From: an uncultured Methanosarcinaceae archaeon
GTDB lineage: Archaea; Halobacteriota; Methanosarcinia; Methanosarcinales; Methanosarcinaceae
Reading direction: 5' to 3'
NCBI GenBank assembly: GCA_963721455.1
Contig: CAVRJG010000002.1
Coordinates: 1 to 11,536 of the forward strand
Length of the DNA: 11,536 bases
Shown here: positions 6,734 to 11,536 of the stretch, piece by piece
Numbering within the stretch: position 1 is the stretch's first letter
Layout: each line of letters starts with the position of its first letter
Translations under genes and position numbers: made by a program
The notes under the pieces: model-generated
Told to the model about the DNA's origin: nothing
Database searches by the model: none
What the model saw: only the letters and a program-made list of their open reading frames with translations

Positions 6734-8185
6734 TCATGCGTTTTTCCCTGCCAGTGCGTCCATAAGTTCTTTTTTGAGGGCGGTTCGGGTTTCTTCGATT
6801 TCGGAAAGGAGGGTCTGGTACTTTTCGAGGAGTTCTTCGGGGTCGCCGTGATCGTTTTCAACTGTGTTGGGGTTTTTGATGTCGAGGTTGTAGTTGCTGG
6901 CGATTATGTCTTCGACTTTGACTTTCCAGGCGTTTTCGCTTTCTTCGCGGTTGGTCCACCAGGCTTTTTCGGGGGCGAATTCTTCTATGCGCATGGGTTT
7001 GGTTTTGGAGTAGGACTTGTAGCCGGTGGGGTAGGGGTGTTCGTAGTACCAGATTTCTTTTGTGGGTTCGCCTTTGTTGAAGAAGAGGAGGTTGGTTTTT
7101 ATGCCGGTGTAGGGGCTGAAGACACCGTTTGGGAGGCGGACGATTGTGTGCAGGTTGCATTCCTGAAGGAGTTTTTCTTTGATGCGGGTTTTTGCGCCTT
7201 CGCCGAAGAGGGTGCCGTCAGGGAGGACTATTCCGCAGCGGCCTCCGTCTTTTAATATGTGCGTTATCAGGACTAAGAAGAGGTCAGCGGTTTCTCGGGT
7301 CTGGAAGTTGGTTGGGAAGTTGGATTCTATGCCGTCTTCTTCCATCCCTCCGAAAGGAGGATTTGTGACAATTACGTCTACGCGGTCTTTTGGGGAATAG
7401 TCACGCAGCGGGCGGGCAAGGGTGTTGTCATGGCGGATGCGGGAAGGGACTTCTATTCCGTGGAGAAGCATATTCGTTATGCAGAGCAGGTGCGGGAGCT
7501 GCTTTTTCTCGACGCCTGCTATGGATTCCTGCAAAATGCGGTGGTCGTCTACGGATTTCACGTATTTTTCGCGAATGTGTTCTATTGTGCTGGTCAGAAA
7601 ACCGCCTGTCCCGCAGGCAGGGTCAAGGACTTTTTCGCCAAGCCTGGGGTCAACCATGTCCACCATGAACTGAGTAACGGCTCTTGGGGTGTAGAACTCG
7701 CCTGCGTTGCCTGCGCTCTGCAGGTCTTTGAGGATTTTCTCGTAGATTGAGCCGAAGGTGTGCAGGTCTTTTGAATTCGTGAAGTCGATCTCGTTTATCT
7801 TGTTTATGATCTGGCGGATCAGGGTTCCGTTTTTCATGTAGTTGTACGAGTCTTCAAAGACGTCCCTTACAACAAAGCCTCTGGGGTCGTCATCTTCGGA
7901 AAAGCTGAGGTTCTTCAGGGTTTTGAAGAGCTTTTCGTTGATAAAGTCCAGCAGAGTATCTCCGGTTATTCCTTCGGGATCTTTTGCCCAGTTCCTCCAG
8001 CGCAGGTCTTCAGGGATTGGGGAGATATAATTCTCATCTTCAAGTTCGTACTCTTCTTCCCTTGCATCGAATATTTTCAGGAACAGCATCCAGCCGAGCT
8101 GGCTTATCCGCTGGGCGTCGCCGTCAACGCCTGCGTCTTTTCGCATAATATCCTGAATCGTTTTTACTGTAGTATCCAGAGACAT
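6734..8185 (-). CDS. hsdM: Type I R-M system methyltransferase subunit HsdM (N6-adenine), intact, 483 aa
   Basis: IQDIMRKDAGVDGDAQRISQLGWMLFLK N-terminus (EcoAI-type), GEFYTPR, motif I DPACGTGGF, motif IV NPPF, and GIVLPDGTLF. Confidence 0.97.
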   Translation of the reverse strand: MSLDTTVKTIQDIMRKDAGVDGDAQRISQLGWMLFLKIFDAREEEYELEDENYISPIPEDLRWRNWAKDPEGITGDTLLDFINEKLFKTLKNLSFSEDDDPRGFVVRDVFEDSYNYMKNGTLIRQIINKINEIDFTNSKDLHTFGSIYEKILKDLQSAGNAGEFYTPRAVTQFMVDMVDPRLGEKVLDPACGTGGFLTSTIEHIREKYVKSVDDHRILQESIAGVEKKQLPHLLCITNMLLHGIEVPSRIRHDNTLARPLRDYSPKDRVDVIVTNPPFGGMEEDGIESNFPTNFQTRETADLFLVLITHILKDGGRCGIVLPDGTLFGEGAKTRIKEKLLQECNLHTIVRLPNGVFSPYTGIKTNLLFFNKGEPTKEIWYYEHPYPTGYKSYSKTKPMRIEEFAPEKAWWTNREESENAWKVKVEDIIASNYNLDIKNPNTVENDHGDPEELLEKYQTLLSEIEETRTALKKELMDALAGKNA

Positions 8186-8213
8186 GTTTTTTCCTTTCCC
8201 GCATTATATTTTT

Positions 8214-8228
8214 AATATAAATTTTACA
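8214..8228 (-). promoter_or_regulatory. Putative archaeal promoter for hsdMS
   Basis: The minus strand reads TGTAAAA-TTTATATT, placing TTTATA about 30 bp upstream of the hsdM ATG. The 500-bp hsdR-hsdM gap favours a separate promoter. Confidence 0.45.
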
Positions 8229-8252
8229 CTTAATCACGCGATGTTCTATAAC

Positions 8253-8279
8253 CACGGAAAACACGGAAAGCACGAAAAA
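8253..8279 (+). repeat. Three tandem 9-bp units
   Basis: CACGGAAAA CACGGAAAG CACGAAAAA, followed by a degenerate complementary tract at about 8290-8318. Confidence 0.6.
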
Positions 8280-8377
8280 GCTGTGCCCATCTTCCTCTCT
8301 TCCATATTTTTCCGAGCTGTAAATGTCTTTTAAGTTAATTCTGTTTATATCACGAAAATCGAAAAAATTGTACTTTC

Positions 8378-8648
8378 ATAAATTAGCTCTCTTGAGCGCA
8401 CAGCAACGTTACTTGCTTATAAATTAGTTCACTTGAGCAAAGCGCTATTCTCAGCTATAAGTTAGTCCGCTTGAACGAAGCGAAACGGACCTCGTGCTGT
8501 TGCGATTATATCGCAACTCCCAGAAAATCTCCGATTTCCTGTGTTCCGAAGCGAAATTCGGGAAGATAAGCATGGGTTCTAAACCATAAATTAGTCTGCT
8601 TGAGCGAAGCGAAACAGACTGCGTACTCCCGAGGCGCAATTCGGGTGG
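8378..8648 (+). repeat. Cluster of four modular hairpin repeats (two truncated, one long, one short)
   Basis: Units start at 8378, 8419, 8457 and 8586 and share ATAArTTAGyyyxCTTGArCrmA. The full copies form GTCyG...CrGAC stems around a GCGAAGC-type core. Confidence 0.85.
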
Positions 8649-8684
8649 AACAACTATTTTGTAATCCCTGATAAGTCCTTCGAA

Positions 8685-10974
8685 TCAGGCTTCCAGCGTA
8701 TAGAGCTGGGACTCAAGCCCTTTGACTGCTGCAAGGTAGTTGCTCTTGCCCCCGAAAAAGTTCACAATTTCCATTGGGGTGCCTATCCGGTCAAATGGCT
8801 GGACCTTGAGCACGCTCATGTTTTCAAGGTTTTCAATCCCGTTGTCTGCGTACTTATCCAGCAGCGTATCAAGGATTTCCTGCGCCTGTTCCCCGTATTT
8901 GCTGAAATAGTCGCTCTTTTTCACCCTCTCAGCCCTGGCTTTCCTGCTCAGCGGCGGACGGTCAAAGGCAACGTGGCAGATCAGGTCAAAGGGATCAAAG
9001 TCCTTTCCAACTTCCTCTGCAAGCGCTTCGAGCAAAACCCCCCTCTCTTCAAGTTCGGAAAGGATAGCCTCCTTTTTCTCGGCTTCGTTCCAGTGTTTCA
9101 AAAAAGAGTCAAGGGACTCAAAGTCCTTGAGCACTGTCTTTCGGGTGTAATCTTTTAAGGATTCGGTAATCAGTTTTCCGTCCGGCCCGTAATACTGCGT
9201 GCGCTCTGTGACGATTTCAACGCCCACGTCGTCCACGAAGTACTTTTCCCTGTTCGTTTCCCTCTTCCTCCCCTCTCGGGAAACCCGGCCCTCCCTCCGG
9301 ATCGTATATCTCCACTGGCTCGCCGTCAAAATCAGGGTCAGCAAAAAGCTCCGTTGCTTTTTTGAAATCCATGATCGTAAAATAATATTTTCCGTAATCT
9401 TCATTGATCCGTGTGCCTCTGCCTATGATCTGCTTGAATTCGGTCATTGACTGTATGCGTTTATCAAGCACTATCAGCTTGCAGGTCTGGGCGTCAATGC
9501 CTGTGCTCATCAATTTTGAGGTTGTGGCAATTACAGGGTAGCGGCTCTCAGGGCTTATAAAGTTGTCAAGCTCGGCTTTTCCTTCAGGGTTATCCCCTGT
9601 AATCCGCATAACATACTTTCGGTTCTCCCCTGCGAGATCCGGGTTTTCATTTACAAGAGCTTCCCTCATGCGCTCTGCGTGGTCTATGTTCTCGCAAAAA
9701 ACGATAGTCTTGTCAAAGCGGTCATTGGCTTTCAAAAACTCCGTGACCTTCTTTGCGACCAGCTCAGTCCTCTTTTCAAGTACAAGATTCCTGTCAAAGT
9801 CTTTCTGGTTATAAATTCTGTCTTCAATAGGAGTGCCGTACTTATCCACTTTGTTTTTCTCAGGCCTCCAGCCTGCAAGGTCTCTGTCAAGATCTATGCG
9901 GATAACCCTGTAAGGCGCAAGGAACCCGTCTTCAATTCCCTGTTTCAGGGAATAGGTGTAAATCGGCTCTCCGAAGTAATGAATATTGGAAATGTCTTTT
10001 GTTTCCTTTGGGGTTGCAGTCAGCCCTATATGTGTCGCAGAGGAGAAATATTCAAGGATTTCTCTCCAGGCAGAATCTTCGGCTGCGCTTCCCCTGTGGC
10101 ACTCGTCAATGATCACAAGATCAAAAAAGTCCGGAGAGAACTGCTTGTAGATGTTTTTCTCTTCTTCTGTTCCGGAAACTGCCTGATAAAGGGACAGGTA
10201 AATCTCATATGACTTTTCAGCTTCCCGGTTCTTGATTTTTGTCATTGCCTTCCCGAAATGCTTGAAATCGTTGATCTTTGTCTGGTCAACCAGGATGTTC
10301 CGGTCTGCCAGAAAAAGAATCCTTTCCTTTACCCCTGCCTTCCAGAGACGCCAGATAATCTGAAAAGCCGTAAGCGTTTTTCCAGTACCTGTTGCCATAA
10401 CTAACAGGATGCGGTCCTGCCCTTTTGCAATTGCCTCTACTGTACGGTTAATGGCTATGCGCTGGTAATACCGCAGAGGTTTACTTAAATCGGCAAAATA
10501 ATCCTGAGTTACTATTTTCTGCCTGCCTTCATCAAGCCCCTTCCATTCACAATACTTTTGCCAGAGAAATTCTGGGGAAGGGAATCTTTCAAGCGGGATT
10601 TCCTCTTCTACCTTTCCGAGAGTTCCTGTCCGGTCATGAAGCAAAAAGCCGTCCCCGTTTGAGCTGAGCGCAAAAGGAATATCCAGCATCTCGGCATATA
10701 GAAGTGCCTGCTGCATGCCGTCCCCCAGAGTGTATATGTTTCTTTTAGCTTCGACTACCGCAAGGGGAAGATTGGGTTTGTAGTAAAGAATATAGTCGGC
10801 TCTCTTTGGCTGCCCTCTGCCTGTATTCGAGCCCTTTACAATGATCCTGCCGTTTGTAAGTTTTACCTCTTCCCGAATCTGGCGTTCTCTCCAGCTAGCC
10901 TTTTTGATCGCAGGTGTGATGAATTTCGTGCATATATCTCGTTCACTCAGTTCTTTTTTGTCGACATTTTCCAT
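8685..10974 (-). pseudogene. hsdR: Type I R-M restriction subunit HsdR (EcoAI/EcoEI-like), frameshifted before the C-terminal domain
   Basis: ORF 9217-10974 has the nuclease motif ADY...VVEAK, Walker [20 protein letters not shown] and QIIGRGTR. The C-terminal EcoEI_R_C-like domain (KYFVDDV...QYYGPDGKLITESLKDY...DPFDLICHVAFDRPPLSR) continues in another frame. The switch lies in the purine-rich linker at about 9245-9300. Confidence 0.9.
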
Positions 10975-11111
10975 TTGACAGTCATCCGGCAGATCTTACT
11001 ATTATATTATACAACTTGTTTGTTTAGTTCATACCTTAATCGTTAAATTTCTTGTGTTTTTGGAATACTTACATCGATGCTCTTTTATCCGCAGATCTTG
11101 ACCATTTTTTA

Positions 11112-11536
11112 TTATGCTGCAGCGAGTGGTGGCACAAATAAGGTTATAGTAGTCGAATCAGTGTCATATTCATTACTTACTGTGAGTTTTACTTCGTAAC
11201 TTTCGCAGGGTGAATATCTATGTATGGGATTCTGCCCGGTTGAATACGTTCCATCCCCAAAATCCCAATACCATGCAGTTGCAAGCTCTGAATTATCATA
11301 AAAATCTATCGAAACACCGTCATTTAAAAGTTTATAGGTTATTTTTGCACTTGGCCCTTCTCCGACATCAAATGTTTCTTCATCCAAAATAATTTCATAA
11401 TATGTTTCTCCTTCCTCTATGGATTCCTCTAAATCTACAAATGGACCTCTAATCTCTATTGCGTCAACTGCTGCAGGTGTTCCAGCAATTAGAAAAAGAA
11501 GAGCCAGGGAAAGACACAGTGCAATTGTTTTTCTGT
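11112..11536 (-). CDS. Secreted PKD-domain surface protein (5' end just outside the window)
   Basis: The frame is open to the window edge: RKTIALCLSLALLFLIAGTPAAVDA (signal peptide), then IEIRGPFVD..., then the PKD motif FYDNS..ATAWYWDFGDGTYSTGQNPIHRY...YEVKLTVSN. Confidence 0.85.
   Translation of the reverse strand, partial: RKTIALCLSLALLFLIAGTPAAVDAIEIRGPFVDLEESIEEGETYYEIILDEETFDVGEGPSAKITYKLLNDGVSIDFYDNSELATAWYWDFGDGTYSTGQNPIHRYSPCESYEVKLTVSNEYDTDSTTITLFVPPLAAA

Larger units (their letters stand above)
3984..6737 (-). pseudogene. hsdS: Type I R-M specificity subunit HsdS (EcoAI/type IB-like architecture), disrupted by IS630 and four indels
   Basis: ATG at 6737 overlaps the hsdM stop (ATGA) and reads MKPDVFFKNFELLADAPNGVQKLRELILQLAVMGK. 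The conserved block KLxxxILQLAVxGKLVPQxxxDEPASxLIEKIKAEK occurs twice, as does the PPLxEQKRIV motif, and there are two TRDs. Removing the IS and one TA gives 1677 bp (558 aa plus stop). Indels: about 6632-6635 (+1), 6536-6538 (-1), 4469-4470 (+1) and 4354-4355 (-1). Confidence 0.92.

Noticed and set aside
6525-8030. Multiple overlapping ORFs (6525-6851, 6848-7255, 6858-7160, 7179-7400, 7390-7668, 7422-7673, 7430-7750, 7842-8030)
   Set aside because: These are antisense or alternate-frame shadows of the GC-richer hsdM/hsdS, with no recognisable motifs.
8451-8639. 62-aa ORF with repeated SVSLRSS
   Set aside because: The peptide repeat is simply a translation of the hairpin repeats.
8378-8648. 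Possible mini CRISPR array
   Set aside because: The units are degenerate, the period is irregular (41, 38 and 129 bp), the gaps between the first units are only about 12-15 nt, there are no cas genes, and the same motif occurs alone at 1580-1653.
9250-9404. N-terminal ~50 aa of the 239-aa ORF as the start of an independent gene
   Set aside because: It overlaps conserved hsdR sequence in another frame. Homology in this frame begins only near REKYFVDD.
8973-10212. Plus-strand ORFs 8973-9158, 9199-9450, 9563-9814, 9679-10212
   Set aside because: They are antisense shadows of hsdR.

Overview
Accessory or defence region that looks like a Methanosarcina-type methanogen. This assignment is inferred from the PKD/S-layer-like surface protein, the BRE/TATA-like promoters and an in-frame amber codon in a transposase. 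From left to right the window holds: (1) a complete single-gene IS66-family element (3-1560) whose transposase contains one in-frame TAG; (2) a hairpin repeat; (3) an AT-rich two-gene cassette (DUF5655-like plus DUF1802-like proteins) bracketed by ~40-bp hairpin direct repeats; (4) a decayed EcoAI/type IB-like Type I restriction-modification locus on the minus strand, with hsdR frameshifted in its linker, hsdM intact, and hsdS broken by an IS630 insertion at a CTAG site plus two pairs of compensating indels; (5) a cluster of modular hairpin repeats with compensatory base changes between hsdR and hsdM; and (6) a truncated secreted PKD-domain gene. The best candidates for undescribed biology are the repeat-bracketed two-gene cassette and the structured repeat family.
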